A DNA stretch of 64,000 nucleotides, from positions 4,830-68,829 of the forward strand of contig NZ_JASLER010000069.1 of NCBI RefSeq assembly GCF_030151085.1, written 5' to 3'. This DNA is from Bacteroides sp. GTDB lineage: Bacteria; Bacteroidota; Bacteroidia; Bacteroidales; Bacteroidaceae. Positions 1 through 10,538 of the stretch are shown here, one piece after another; within the stretch, counting starts at the first letter, position 1, and the number at the start of each line of letters is the position of its first letter. The position numbers and the translations under genes are program-made. The notes beneath the pieces were generated by a model. That model searched no databases. It was not told the DNA's origin and was given only the letters and a program-made list of their open reading frames with translations.

Positions 1-1381
1 ATTTAGGATAGTATCTTGTCATACCCGAGGTTTCTTCCCACCAGGTTGCGTTATCGGGCGAACCAAATCCTTGAATAGTGAGCGAGCGGCTACTTGCCCT
101 GTTATTATTCGCTGCATCCAGTATGGTCAGCCTGATATAGCGATAGGTTCCATTCAATTCCTTGGAGTACTCGGAGCCGGCAAAACCGGAGCGGCAGTCT
201 GCCAATAAATCCCAGTCTTTATTATCTTTAGAACCTTCGAGGATGAAGGACCAGATATCTTTCTCGGCGAACAGTTGTTTTACGTTCCTGACGTCGCATG
301 GCAAACCTAAATCGGCACAAATCCATTGAGGGAAAGTATTACTGTCGGCATACCAAAAGGTAGTCTCATCACCATCGAATGCTTTCTTTTGGGCATGGTC
401 ATTATCGCAAAACGAAGAGGTGGTAGTCAAAGCATCAAATGCCAGGTTCTGAAGTTCCCGATTATCCTGAGACTCTACACTCTTCTCTGTGCCAAATACA
501 CGGAATTCGCAGCTATGCGCCCAATACCCTTTGGAGGATCCCAGGACAGTAAGCCGGACATAGCGGAATTGTCCTGACACAGGAGTCTTAAAATCAAATC
601 CACTGATACCGTCCGAGTTATCAGCCAATGCCGTCCATTGCGATTCATCATTAGAGCCTTCTACCTTAAACTTCCAGTTATCGTGGTCTTTGAATATCTG
701 CTGAATGCCGGATAAAGTGCAGGATTCCTTCAAATCGACAGTCATAGACTGGGGGAACTGACCGTCAGCAGCTATCCAATAAGTGGATATATTTCCATCC
801 AAGGCATCTTTCGGAGTATGTTTTTGCTTTACCACAACATCGGTACATTGTTTTCCCAAAGCTATGTTTCTATCCGCACTTGTTCCGTTTATAATCAACT
901 CTTTCGAAGAAGGGAGGAAACCATCGGCAGAGCCTGATACGGTCAGCTTTACATAACGATATACTCCGTTCACACTCTCGGCAAAGATATCGCCGGCAAT
1001 ACCTTTAGTTCTGTCTACTAACAACAGCCAGTTCTCATTATCAACCGACCCCTCTAGCTTGAACCTCCAAACGGACGATTGCTGGAACACCTGGCAGATA
1101 TTAGTCAGTGCACAGGGAGTTTTCAAGTCGACCACAATCCACCCTTCCGGTTTATTTGCCTGCCAGAATGAAACTAAATTGTCATCAACAGCTTTATTCG
1201 CAGCACGTCCTCCCTTTGAAGACGAAGCTACGATTGATGCATTTATCGACAAGTTACCTTTCTTCACTTCGGCAGCGACAGTTTCAGACTTTTGGGAAGA
1301 GTATCCATTGTTACCACTGTTTTGTGGGTAGGCATGAAGAGATAGCAACATTGCCCATATCCATATAATCTTAAATTTCAT
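1..1381 (-). CDS. Secreted protein with three tandem discoidin (F5/8 type C, CBM32-like) domains; 3'-partial, runs off the window start
   Basis: Absent from the ORF track; translated by hand from ATG at 1381: MKFKIIWIWAMLLSLHAYPQ (signal peptide), then three repeats with motifs AVDDNLVSFW/ALDGNISTYW/AFDGDETTFW, VVDL/TVDL/CADL and YRYVKLTV/FRYVRLTV/YRYIRLTI; frame open to base 1. Confidence 0.85.
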   Translation of the reverse strand, partial: MKFKIIWIWAMLLSLHAYPQNSGNNGYSSQKSETVAAEVKKGNLSINASIVASSSKGGRAANKAVDDNLVSFWQANKPEGWIVVDLKTPCALTNICQVFQQSSVWRFKLEGSVDNENWLLLVDRTKGIAGDIFAESVNGVYRYVKLTVSGSADGFLPSSKELIINGTSADRNIALGKQCTDVVVKQKHTPKDALDGNISTYWIAADGQFPQSMTVDLKESCTLSGIQQIFKDHDNWKFKVEGSNDESQWTALADNSDGISGFDFKTPVSGQFRYVRLTVLGSSKGYWAHSCEFRVFGTEKSVESQDNRELQNLAFDALTTTSSFCDNDHAQKKAFDGDETTFWYADSNTFPQWICADLGLPCDVRNVKQLFAEKDIWSFILEGSKDNKDWDLLADCRSGFAGSEYSKELNGTYRYIRLTILDAANNNRASSRSLTIQGFGSPDNATWWEETSGMTRYYPK

Positions 1382-1470
1382 ATTTATTATTTGTTTAAAT
1401 CATTCTATTTATCATCCGCATACAAAATTCCAATTCTGCTTATTAATCCACACAAAATTAATAAAATAAA

Positions 1471-2661
1471 TCACTTTTCAACCTTAGTTTCATAGCCCCA
1501 CAGCTTCGAGCCGTTACCTGAATTCTTTCTCCACTCGTGCCGCCACCGGTGTATGTCCTGATCACGGATAAAAGCTTTGGGTTTTCTGTCTTCTTTGGTA
1601 GGCGCAGGAGGCAGAATTCCGGCTTCGGATTGATACCAATAAACAACGCTGCTTATATCCAGGGTCAGGTTATTATTGTGCCCGTGCTCAATGGTTCCCT
1701 TAAAAGACTTCTCAAAATAGATAGGATCGGCTATGAAGAAGCGATAGACATGTGTTCGCCCCAGCCAGCCGTTATCATTATTCACCCTGGCATAGCCATA
1801 GTATGGATGACTGAACAGTGACTTCGGACACCAGGAAGTATTGAAGAAGTCCTCGGTACCTGTACCCAACAAAGAGGCTTTCTTTTCGCCATCGATGAAA
1901 ATCATATCGTCACCCTCACCATACCACATGGTGGACGGGGAATGAACATAATAGTTTATGCCCACAAAATGTCCTTTGCCCTTTATGTCAGCGAAAAGGT
2001 AATTGTTGGCACCATCTACATTGTTTTCCATTCTGCCTACCAGTCCCCACTCTGTTTCACCCTCGGGCAAAGCATCCGTCAATTCATGGTTATACCAGGC
2101 ATGAAAGCGTCCCAGGTTGGCAGGCAACTTCTTCATTTCCGTATAATCTACATAGAAATAGATACAATCGATATTTATGTCACTCTGATTCTCTATCTCC
2201 AACCGGGCACCATTGGCAAACGGCATCTGGAAGTAAGATACAAGCCCCATTCCATTCGTAGGCCCCACAGCCAATGGAAGGGTGGAATATTCGTAATGCT
2301 CGTCCCATCCATTTCCAAAGAAGGCGGCAATGGGCGACTCTACCGAAGGGGTGGACTGACCATCCCAGTATATCCGGAAAATGAGATCGTTTCTCATGAT
2401 ATGCATTGGAGCGATGGTAAACCATATATGGTTGATGATACCCGTACCTGGTATGTCCACACTCCACTTCTCCCCCGGCTTTATCGGACCTACATTATCA
2501 TTATTATTCCCCGTCTTATCGGCGCTACTCACTCTGCAATTGCGGACGCCCTCTTGTATGGTGGTCAGACTCCCCAATTCTCCTCCCCTCACCTGGGCAT
2601 GACAATCCAGCATACCGACAATACTCAAAAAAAGCAATACTTTCAAACAAATATTTCTCAT
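1471..2661 (-). CDS. DUF2961 / glycoside hydrolase family 172 protein (alpha-D-arabinofuranosidase / fructofuranosidase-like)
   Basis: 396 aa with signal peptide; motifs GIINHIWFT, RIYWDG, PSVESP, YFQMPF, WYGEGDD, GTGTEDFFN, YRFFIADPIYF, IEHGH typical of DUF2961. Confidence 0.88.
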   Translation of the reverse strand: MRNICLKVLLFLSIVGMLDCHAQVRGGELGSLTTIQEGVRNCRVSSADKTGNNNDNVGPIKPGEKWSVDIPGTGIINHIWFTIAPMHIMRNDLIFRIYWDGQSTPSVESPIAAFFGNGWDEHYEYSTLPLAVGPTNGMGLVSYFQMPFANGARLEIENQSDINIDCIYFYVDYTEMKKLPANLGRFHAWYNHELTDALPEGETEWGLVGRMENNVDGANNYLFADIKGKGHFVGINYYVHSPSTMWYGEGDDMIFIDGEKKASLLGTGTEDFFNTSWCPKSLFSHPYYGYARVNNDNGWLGRTHVYRFFIADPIYFEKSFKGTIEHGHNNNLTLDISSVVYWYQSEAGILPPAPTKEDRKPKAFIRDQDIHRWRHEWRKNSGNGSKLWGYETKVEK

Positions 2662-2698
2662 TCTTATGATATAAATTGGTTAAACAAAAAAACAATAC

Positions 2699-5074
2699 TT
2701 ACTTTTCTACCTTCGACATGGAAGGAGGAGTATCTTCCGGACGGCTTCCCCATTTGTGATTCGGCTTCTTCCCCATTACCAACTCCAGCTTGCCGCCATT
2801 CACTAACTCGGAATGATAGAACCAAGGCTTGGAAAGTTTCTTCCCATTCAACTTGGCAGACTGGATATACCGATTTTCATTAGACACACCTTTCGCCTCG
2901 ATTACAAACGTGCCGCCTTTATAATATTTACTATCCAAATGAATCGTCACTTTCTCAAACAGCGGAGAACTAATCTCATAGAAAGGTTTGGTGCTTCCGC
3001 CGCCATCCATCTCGAACAAGCCCATTGCTGCCATTACAAACCACGCACCTCCCTGGCCTTGGTCTTCATCTCCCGGCCAGCCATGGAGGGGAGTAGAACC
3101 ATAATACTTGTTCATCACCTCGCGCGCCCAATATTGCGTCAACCAAGGTTTCCCCGAATAATTGAACAGAAAAGCAGCCTGCATACAAGGTTGGTTGCCA
3201 TGATTCACGTAAGCGGCACTAAAACGATCGCCCGGAGGAGAGAAATTGTACTCGGAAGACATTTCGAACCCTTCATTCAAGCGTCGGTTGAATTCCTCCT
3301 TTCCCATCATCTTTACCAACTCGTTCATATCATGGGGCACCATCCAGGTATATTGCCACGAGTTGCCTTCTACAAATCCGGAACCGAGCCATGACCAACT
3401 GTTGGAGTGTTCTTCCTTATTGACCGGTTGAAAGTTCTGCATCCATGTTCCGTCACTATATCTGGGGCGTACATATTTAGTCTCGGAATCGAATACATTT
3501 TTGTAACTATAGGCGCGCTTCGTGAAGTATTCATAATCTTCTTCATGCCCCAGTGTTTTGGCTAGTTGTGCCATGTTCCAATCATCAAAAGCATACTCCA
3601 ATGTATTGGAGGTAGGACCTTCGTAAGTAGTACCGAAAACATTATGGTGTGACTTTTCGCCATAAGGAACATATCCGTGCTTCAGATATACATCCAGGTG
3701 CCTGTTGCCTACAATACCTCCCGAAGAAAGTGCCGTACCTTGGGTTGTCAATGTCTTCTTGATAGCTTCATACGCTTTATCTATATCATAATTACGGATT
3801 CCCTTCTGATAAGTACTCACCATAAGGGGTATTTCGTGCTGGGCTCCCATAATGTCACAATATTCCACTCCCGGAGGGCCGTTAGGCAACCATCCACCTA
3901 CTCTGTAGTATTCCAAGAGAGACTCTACCCACTTGTTAGCAATGTCCGGAGTGGCAAGTGTCCATAGTTGATTCAAGTTCCAGAAAGTATTCCAAAAAGC
4001 ATCACAACCATAGATGGGCGAAGCAGGATCTTTCAACTGCTGCACCTGCTCGTACATATCGACATATTGCCCGTCTACATCACTGAAGATTGTACGTGAA
4101 CAGTAAGAACGGTATAAATTGGTATAGAATTTCCGCTTATCTTCTTCGGTGTCACCCTCTACTTCAATTGCACCCAGTATTTTTCTCCATTCGCCAACGC
4201 CATAGTTACGAACTCCTTCAAAGTCCCATCCAAAGCTAGCGGACTCGTGCTCCAAGTTTTTCCGGGCTTGTTCTATACTGACATAAGATATAGCTGTTTT
4301 CAACTGGATAACTTCATCCTTACGGGTATCGAAATTCATAAAAGCCCCTACGTCACGTCTGCCCCAGCAGATGGTAGAGTTGGTATCAACATATCCGTTT
4401 ACCCATGTTCCAAATGACTTCATAGGCTTGTCAACACGAGCTACGAAATAGACCGTATAGTCATTCAACAGGTTAGTAGGTTCATCATAAGATGCTTGAG
4501 TGGAAAAACCTTCTATTTCATAATCACTCACTTTGGAGATAGAAGCCCATCTTACTTCATAGGGGTATTCCGAACCATTCTCCAAATCGAACAGGATGCG
4601 TGCACTGTCCGATGCAGGGAATGTATATCGCTGGAAGCCGGTACGTGTAGTCGATGTTAGCTCTGCTTTAATATTATAATCATCCAGAAGGACAGAATAA
4701 TAGGACAGGGCAGCCTTCTCGTTCTCATGCTTAATACGGGAACGATAGCCGCTGTCCGGGTCATTCTCTTCGCCCGGTGTAATCTTCAGAGAGCCGGTGA
4801 CGGGCATGGTCAGCAAACCACCCATTGTCCAGCTATGTATATGACTAAAACCGATGATTTGGTCTATCTTATATTCATAACCTCCTCTCCATACATTCCC
4901 TTGATTGTCAGGGCTCAGTTTTACCATTCCAAATGGCATTGCCGGCCCTGGAAACTGCATCCATCGCGAATCGGAGTTTCCAATCATAGGATCAACATAG
5001 TCTACAATGTCTTTTGTCTGCCCCCAAAGCGAAGAGCTAAAATACAAGAATAATAGCAATATTACCTTTTTCAT
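2699..5074 (-). CDS. Glycoside hydrolase family 92 (alpha-mannosidase-like)
   Basis: 791 aa, signal peptide; YVDPMIG, PFGMVKLSPD, GFSHIH, TLEYAFDDW, FVEGNSWQYTW, HGNQP, GDEDQGQ motifs. Confidence 0.92.
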   Translation of the reverse strand: MKKVILLLFLYFSSSLWGQTKDIVDYVDPMIGNSDSRWMQFPGPAMPFGMVKLSPDNQGNVWRGGYEYKIDQIIGFSHIHSWTMGGLLTMPVTGSLKITPGEENDPDSGYRSRIKHENEKAALSYYSVLLDDYNIKAELTSTTRTGFQRYTFPASDSARILFDLENGSEYPYEVRWASISKVSDYEIEGFSTQASYDEPTNLLNDYTVYFVARVDKPMKSFGTWVNGYVDTNSTICWGRRDVGAFMNFDTRKDEVIQLKTAISYVSIEQARKNLEHESASFGWDFEGVRNYGVGEWRKILGAIEVEGDTEEDKRKFYTNLYRSYCSRTIFSDVDGQYVDMYEQVQQLKDPASPIYGCDAFWNTFWNLNQLWTLATPDIANKWVESLLEYYRVGGWLPNGPPGVEYCDIMGAQHEIPLMVSTYQKGIRNYDIDKAYEAIKKTLTTQGTALSSGGIVGNRHLDVYLKHGYVPYGEKSHHNVFGTTYEGPTSNTLEYAFDDWNMAQLAKTLGHEEDYEYFTKRAYSYKNVFDSETKYVRPRYSDGTWMQNFQPVNKEEHSNSWSWLGSGFVEGNSWQYTWMVPHDMNELVKMMGKEEFNRRLNEGFEMSSEYNFSPPGDRFSAAYVNHGNQPCMQAAFLFNYSGKPWLTQYWAREVMNKYYGSTPLHGWPGDEDQGQGGAWFVMAAMGLFEMDGGGSTKPFYEISSPLFEKVTIHLDSKYYKGGTFVIEAKGVSNENRYIQSAKLNGKKLSKPWFYHSELVNGGKLELVMGKKPNHKWGSRPEDTPPSMSKVEK

Positions 5075-5138
5075 ATGAGTTTGTGGTATTAATACAAATA
5101 TCTAATCAGATCCTCTAATCAGCAATAAGTTATTTAAG

Positions 5139-5167
5139 GAGGGTATCTTTGGAGTAAATATACCCTC
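5139..5167. terminator. Stem-loop between susD and the GH92 gene (weak terminator or mRNA-stabilising hairpin)
   Basis: GAGGGTAT (5139-5146) pairs with ATACCCTC (5160-5167); no strong U-tract. Confidence 0.4.
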
Positions 5168-5217
5168 ACAAAACAATCTACTTTACCAATAAATGAGATA
5201 AACCTAAAACCAATAAT

Positions 5218-7008
5218 CTATTTTGTTCCACCCCAACCCGGATTCTGTACGAATATATCGGTGTTCTTGTTGACTTCATCCTGATGGAATGGCCATAAGT
5301 AATGCTTGGGCGCTTCGAATACTCTTTCTTCCACGAAAGCACGTTTGAAGAAGCTGTTGTCACGCGCTCCAATATCCATTCCATGAACTGCCTTTGTCTG
5401 TTCGCTTATTTTCCAACGGTTACAATCGAAGTATCGGTGTGTCTCTAAGGCAAGTTCCACTTGACGTTCGTGTCTGATTTTCTGTCTCATTTCTGTCTGA
5501 GACAAGCCCGCTTTCAAGTCTGGCACTCCTGCACGTTTGCGTATCAAATTCATGTATTTATACACATCATCTATCGGTCCCGAAGCTTCATTCAAAGCCT
5601 CAGCATAGTTCAAATAGAGTTCGCCTAACCGAAAGTAGTTCCATGTCTTATTCACAAATACACCTCTCAATATATCCACACCTTTTTCATCCAGGAATTT
5701 ACGCATCAGGTAACCGGTAGTGGTATAGTCCGGGCCACCAGTACGGCCATCAGTAGCACCCATACGAAAGTCAATCTGCCGACCACGCCAGTAAGCACCA
5801 CTATAAGTTATCGTAGCATAAAATCTTGGTTCCCTATCTACAAACATATTAAAAGTATTGTCCGGATAGTATCCCTTTTCATGTGCCATTGCCTTAAAAC
5901 CTTCTTCCGAATAGCCTGACTCCTTGTTAATAATAGCGCTGCCATCGGCATTATAGCCTAAAATAGGAGTAGAACCATCTGCCATCTCGTAAGCATCAAC
6001 CAATTCTTGAGTAGGACATAAACCCGACCATCCGCCAAGACTAAGTGGAGCGGCTGCACGTTCCATCTGGTCATAAACAGCTACATTCTTTGCGAAAATT
6101 ATTTCCTTGTTCCAATTCTCTACGAATAAATAGCGATAGTTCTCCACCGGATCGCCCGATGCTGCATAATACAGCCCGTAACCAGCCTTTTCCATTTCGT
6201 CGATACAGGTTTTTGTATATTCGGCTGCTGTTTTCCAACGATCTGCGTCATAGGCAGTAGGAAACAGGTGATTTCCTTCCTTATCTGTAAAATCGGCATA
6301 ATCAGGATTGCCATTCCACAACGGACTTGCTCTATAAAGTAGTACTCTTGCCTTTAGTGCCATAGCAGCTGCTTTCGTAACTCTTCCGTATCTGTCTGAG
6401 CCCTCTTTCATTTTCAACATACCACCGGCACGCTCGCATTCACTTGTAATGAAATCTACACACTGGTCCAACGGCATGCGCTTGCACAATTCCGAGAAGT
6501 CTTCATTAGGATCAAGCGCTCTTTCTGTGATATGTATCGGGCCATAGATACGTAATAACTGGAAGTGAAAGAATGCACGCAGGAAAGTAGCTTCACCAAC
6601 CCAACCGGTACGTTTAGCCTCATCCATCGGAAGCTTTCCTACATTTTCGAGGAAAATATTCGTTTTCCGAATACCTTGATAAGCCATATTGGAAATGTCT
6701 CTCAATACATTGTCGGGTGTCCATGCACCATTATTCATGAAGTATGCAAAACAATTGGTATAAGGGTAGTCCAGTTCATCGGCAGCACCAACGAAGGGAT
6801 TGTGCCCCCAGTCATTCGTAAAGTTCAACTCCCAAGGCATATTCCAGTAGATAGATGACAAGAACTGCTCGGCATAATTCTCGCGCGTGAATACATCGTT
6901 CAGTGTCAAGTCTTCATCGGGCGCTTTATCCAGGTAATCGGTACAGGAGGTATTTACTCCCAAAAATATCATCAGCAAAGTGATATAAATGATGTTATTT
7001 CGTTTCAT
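5218..7008 (-). CDS. susD: SusD/RagB family outer-membrane lipoprotein
   Basis: Lipobox NTSC-TDYLDKAPD; GEATFLRAFFHF, RLGELYLNYAEA, IRHERQVELALE, QNPGW; directly downstream of susC. Confidence 0.95.
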   Translation of the reverse strand: MKRNNIIYITLLMIFLGVNTSCTDYLDKAPDEDLTLNDVFTRENYAEQFLSSIYWNMPWELNFTNDWGHNPFVGAADELDYPYTNCFAYFMNNGAWTPDNVLRDISNMAYQGIRKTNIFLENVGKLPMDEAKRTGWVGEATFLRAFFHFQLLRIYGPIHITERALDPNEDFSELCKRMPLDQCVDFITSECERAGGMLKMKEGSDRYGRVTKAAAMALKARVLLYRASPLWNGNPDYADFTDKEGNHLFPTAYDADRWKTAAEYTKTCIDEMEKAGYGLYYAASGDPVENYRYLFVENWNKEIIFAKNVAVYDQMERAAAPLSLGGWSGLCPTQELVDAYEMADGSTPILGYNADGSAIINKESGYSEEGFKAMAHEKGYYPDNTFNMFVDREPRFYATITYSGAYWRGRQIDFRMGATDGRTGGPDYTTTGYLMRKFLDEKGVDILRGVFVNKTWNYFRLGELYLNYAEALNEASGPIDDVYKYMNLIRKRAGVPDLKAGLSQTEMRQKIRHERQVELALETHRYFDCNRWKISEQTKAVHGMDIGARDNSFFKRAFVEERVFEAPKHYLWPFHQDEVNKNTDIFVQNPGWGGTK

Positions 7009-7037
7009 ATTCGTTCAAATTTAATCATTCTACTTTT

Positions 7038-10000
7038 TTAAAATTCTACTGCAAGTCCAAAATTCACAGCACGTTGAATAGGATACCAGTTATCAGATTC
7101 CGGATCAATCGTATGATTGATCTTATCCCACGTGTAGAGGTTAGTTCCGTTTACAAATATTCTTAGATTGCTAATTTTCAACTTATTTATCACTTTCTTA
7201 GGTATCGTATATCCCACCTCCAGGTTCTTTAAACGTAAATAACTGGCGTCTTTCTGCCAAACAGTAGAACGTCTCATGCTCTGTACATTAAAGCCGTCGG
7301 TTACCAACGGATATGTTGCAGTAGCCGCTGTTTCAGGTGTCCAACGATTGTCGTAAACTTCTTTAAACACATTAAAGAAGCCCATACCGCTTGCAAACGG
7401 CCAGAAAGTACGGTCTTCAAAGAATGTACTTGTACGGGCGGCTCCCGTAAAATAGGCACTCAAATCGAATCCTTTGTACTCAACTGTTCCACCAAATCCA
7501 AAAACCAACTCCGGTTCACGAGTAAAGCCAATCGCACACAGGTCATTCGAGTCGATAATCTTATCTCCGTTAATATCTTTATACTTCACATCACCTGGCC
7601 GCGGACGTCCTCCCAATAAAGACTGGTCGTACCAATTATCAATATCTGCCTCCGATTCAAAGAAACCTTCTGCTACCAGTCCGAAAGGTTGACCTATAGG
7701 ATGTCCCAATTCTGACAAGTTTGCATAAAGCGGATCGGCCTTATCATTCTCAAGCACTTTACTACGAGCATACGTAACATTACCTCTCAATGAGTAGAAT
7801 AACCCTCCGGCAGTGCGGTCTTTAAATTCTAATAATGCGTCAAAACCCTTATTTTCGGCTATACCCAAGTTACCCCATAATACGCTTGCTGCGAGGAAAC
7901 CTGCCCCGGTGGGTACGGACTGGCGTTGCATCAAGATTCCTTTTCTCTTTTCATAGAAGAAGTCCATCTGCAAACTCAGTCTATCTCTCCATAGACCCAA
8001 ATCGAATCCTAAATTCGTTTTTACTGCTGTTTCCCAAGTAACATTATTATAACCTATCTTGGATTCTATCATTCCACTCCACTTAATCTGATCTTTTCCA
8101 AAATAGTATAATTGTTCCCAATTCTGATCCATCTTCGTCAAATAGAGAAAACGGTCACCACCTATCTGGTCATTACCTACCTCACCATGAGAGAACCGAA
8201 GTTTCAAATTACTGATCACTTTATCATTCCAGAATGGCTCGCCCGAAACTAACCAACCAAGAGATACTGCCGGGAAGAAGCCCATACGCTTTCCCTTCGG
8301 GAAGTTCTCCGATCCATTATAGCCGGCATTAAACTCTACAAAATATCGTTGTGCATAGTCATATGTTGCACGCATAGCAAGACCCTGACTTCTATAAGGC
8401 AAATTCATAATTGAAGAACCAGCCGATAAATTATCATACTGCCGGCGATTCATCAGCAACATACCCGAAACCGAATGCTTGTCAAAGGTCCGCTGATAAT
8501 TTACAGAGAAGTCCATATAGATAGCCCTATTGGAATTCTGTTGAATGTTGTAACCCATTGCTTTATCCTCCCGGTGTGTGATGTATACATCTTCTCCGGT
8601 CTGATCATTCTTCCCGATGTACTGCTTTATACCGAAATCCTTATAACGCAACGCTTTGTTGGCATGATAAAAGTCATAAGAAAAGTGTCCCTTCACAGAT
8701 AACCCTTTTGTTACCAACCGGGATAAGTCCCAAGTCAAACCTGCTGTAGACTGTATAGTCGTCAGATGTTCATCAGAATAACCAGTCTGTGTGGACTGTC
8801 CCCATGGGTTAGAACCTATATAGGTAGGCAAACCGCTGATACTCCCATCCGGATTTGTGACCGGGAAAGCAATAGGACCTGTATCACGCAGTCCATTGAA
8901 AATTCCGGCAGCACCGGCACCAGGATAGTTTCTATCGTCGATAATACCGCCAATACCCAATTCCACAACCAAGTCTCTTGTCAAGTTTATATCAATATTA
9001 GAACGATAATTATACTTCGAAACCTTTGCATTGGTATTATGCGGATTGCTACTATCGGTTTTGTAGATACCTGACTGCATCGAATACCCCAAGTTGATGT
9101 AATAGCGTACTATTTCATTACCGCCCGTTACACTCAAATTATTAATTGTCTGGTATGAATTCTTATTAAGAACCTTGTCTATCCAGTCAACATTCGGATA
9201 CAGATAGGGATCTGAACCTGTACGGAACTTCTCCAGTTCATCATTCGACCAACGAGGTGCTTTACCCACATTCGCCAATCCTTCGTTCATCAAAGAAGCA
9301 TATTCATAACCATCAATATAATTCCTTTCTGCCAAGCTGGTAAGTATAGCAGATTCCGTGCGGAACGCAACCTGAGGTTTCCCTTGTTTACCCCTTTTTG
9401 TATTTATCAAAATAACACCATTAGCACCTTTCACTCCATACACAGCCGTTGCAGATGCATCTTTAAGCACAGACAAGCTTTCAACCTCATCAGGATTTAC
9501 CGAACCGATAGCACGTTCAATACCATCTACCAATACTAAAGGGGCTTTTTCTCCCCAGGTTGCAATACCACGAATATAAATAGAAGCAGCATCAAATCCA
9601 GGTTCACCCGATGTTTGTCTGGTAATGATACCCGGCATTCGTCCGGATAAAGCATTCGGAAGCGAAGTAGTTGCCGTCTGCTTGATTGCTTTCGGAGCAA
9701 TATTAGATATAGATCCTACCACACTCACTTTCTTCTGAGTGCCGTATCCCACTACCACAACTTCCTCCAATTTCGTATCACCTTCCTTCATCACTATATC
9801 AAGGCTTCCATTTCCCTTGATAGGTTGCTCAAGTGTCCCGAAGCCTACATAAGTAAATAGTAATACACCATCACTCGGAGCTTCTAATGAGAATTGTCCA
9901 TTAGCATCAGTAATGGCACCAATGATGGTTCCTTTTACGACTACGTTCACACCGGGTAGAGTAATACCGGCTTCATCCTTTACAGTACCCGTTACTTTAA

Positions 10001-10160
10001 TTCTCTCAGCAGGAGATAGAGCTACGACATGTCCGATGTCCGACAAAATAGATTCACCTAATACATTTAATGGTAGCGCCAAGCATCCTATAAATGCATA
10101 CGCCTTAAAATTCCAAAGAAAACTCTTCCGAATCTTGATCTGAATGTTTTTGTTTTTCAT
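7038..10160 (-). CDS. susC: SusC/RagA family TonB-dependent transporter
   Basis: 1040 aa; LEEVVVVGYGTQKK, VLKDASATAVYGVKGANGVILINTKRG, TWETAVKTNLG, C-terminal F. Confidence 0.96.
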   Translation of the reverse strand: MKNKNIQIKIRKSFLWNFKAYAFIGCLALPLNVLGESILSDIGHVVALSPAERIKVTGTVKDEAGITLPGVNVVVKGTIIGAITDANGQFSLEAPSDGVLLFTYVGFGTLEQPIKGNGSLDIVMKEGDTKLEEVVVVGYGTQKKVSVVGSISNIAPKAIKQTATTSLPNALSGRMPGIITRQTSGEPGFDAASIYIRGIATWGEKAPLVLVDGIERAIGSVNPDEVESLSVLKDASATAVYGVKGANGVILINTKRGKQGKPQVAFRTESAILTSLAERNYIDGYEYASLMNEGLANVGKAPRWSNDELEKFRTGSDPYLYPNVDWIDKVLNKNSYQTINNLSVTGGNEIVRYYINLGYSMQSGIYKTDSSNPHNTNAKVSKYNYRSNIDINLTRDLVVELGIGGIIDDRNYPGAGAAGIFNGLRDTGPIAFPVTNPDGSISGLPTYIGSNPWGQSTQTGYSDEHLTTIQSTAGLTWDLSRLVTKGLSVKGHFSYDFYHANKALRYKDFGIKQYIGKNDQTGEDVYITHREDKAMGYNIQQNSNRAIYMDFSVNYQRTFDKHSVSGMLLMNRRQYDNLSAGSSIMNLPYRSQGLAMRATYDYAQRYFVEFNAGYNGSENFPKGKRMGFFPAVSLGWLVSGEPFWNDKVISNLKLRFSHGEVGNDQIGGDRFLYLTKMDQNWEQLYYFGKDQIKWSGMIESKIGYNNVTWETAVKTNLGFDLGLWRDRLSLQMDFFYEKRKGILMQRQSVPTGAGFLAASVLWGNLGIAENKGFDALLEFKDRTAGGLFYSLRGNVTYARSKVLENDKADPLYANLSELGHPIGQPFGLVAEGFFESEADIDNWYDQSLLGGRPRPGDVKYKDINGDKIIDSNDLCAIGFTREPELVFGFGGTVEYKGFDLSAYFTGAARTSTFFEDRTFWPFASGMGFFNVFKEVYDNRWTPETAATATYPLVTDGFNVQSMRRSTVWQKDASYLRLKNLEVGYTIPKKVINKLKISNLRIFVNGTNLYTWDKINHTIDPESDNWYPIQRAVNFGLAVEF

Positions 10161-10288
10161 AATTCAAAATACCATATTTTTAGTTTAACAAATAGGTTTA
10201 TACAAATAATTTATACTCCGCAATTGAAGCTAAATTAATCCATTAAATAGTGTTTGATCAAAAACTAATAAGGGGTGATCCCTGAGAG

Positions 10289-10356
10289 CAAAAGTAGCGT
10301 GCAAAAAGGATTTAGCCGTGAATAAACGTCCCAATAAATGGTATCAGCGTCCCAAT
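10289..10356 (-). promoter_or_regulatory. Promoter of the PUL-A susC operon with HTCS-type direct-repeat operator
   Basis: -7 box TACTTTTG on minus strand (10289-10296); CGTCCCAAT at 10327 and 10348 (21-bp period). Confidence 0.75.
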
Positions 10357-10538
10357 CTAGTATGATAATACCCCGATATTCTATTCCAAAAGTCTAATTC
10401 ACTTTTTTCACTAATATATAGTCTAGTCTAATTAATGAATTAAGTGCGTTTTCATTATTACTGAAAGGGTTTTGAATTAAATGAAGAGCGATGCGTTCTA
10501 ATTTTTTAACTCCATTCTTTCCGGAGAGTAGTTAAAGA

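Noticed and set aside
326..1368. Short plus-strand ORFs at 326, 1059 and 1108
   Set aside because: Antisense to the discoidin-domain gene, which explains the region
1942..2883. 313-aa plus-strand ORF
   Set aside because: Antisense shadow of the GH172 and GH92 genes; no recognisable motifs
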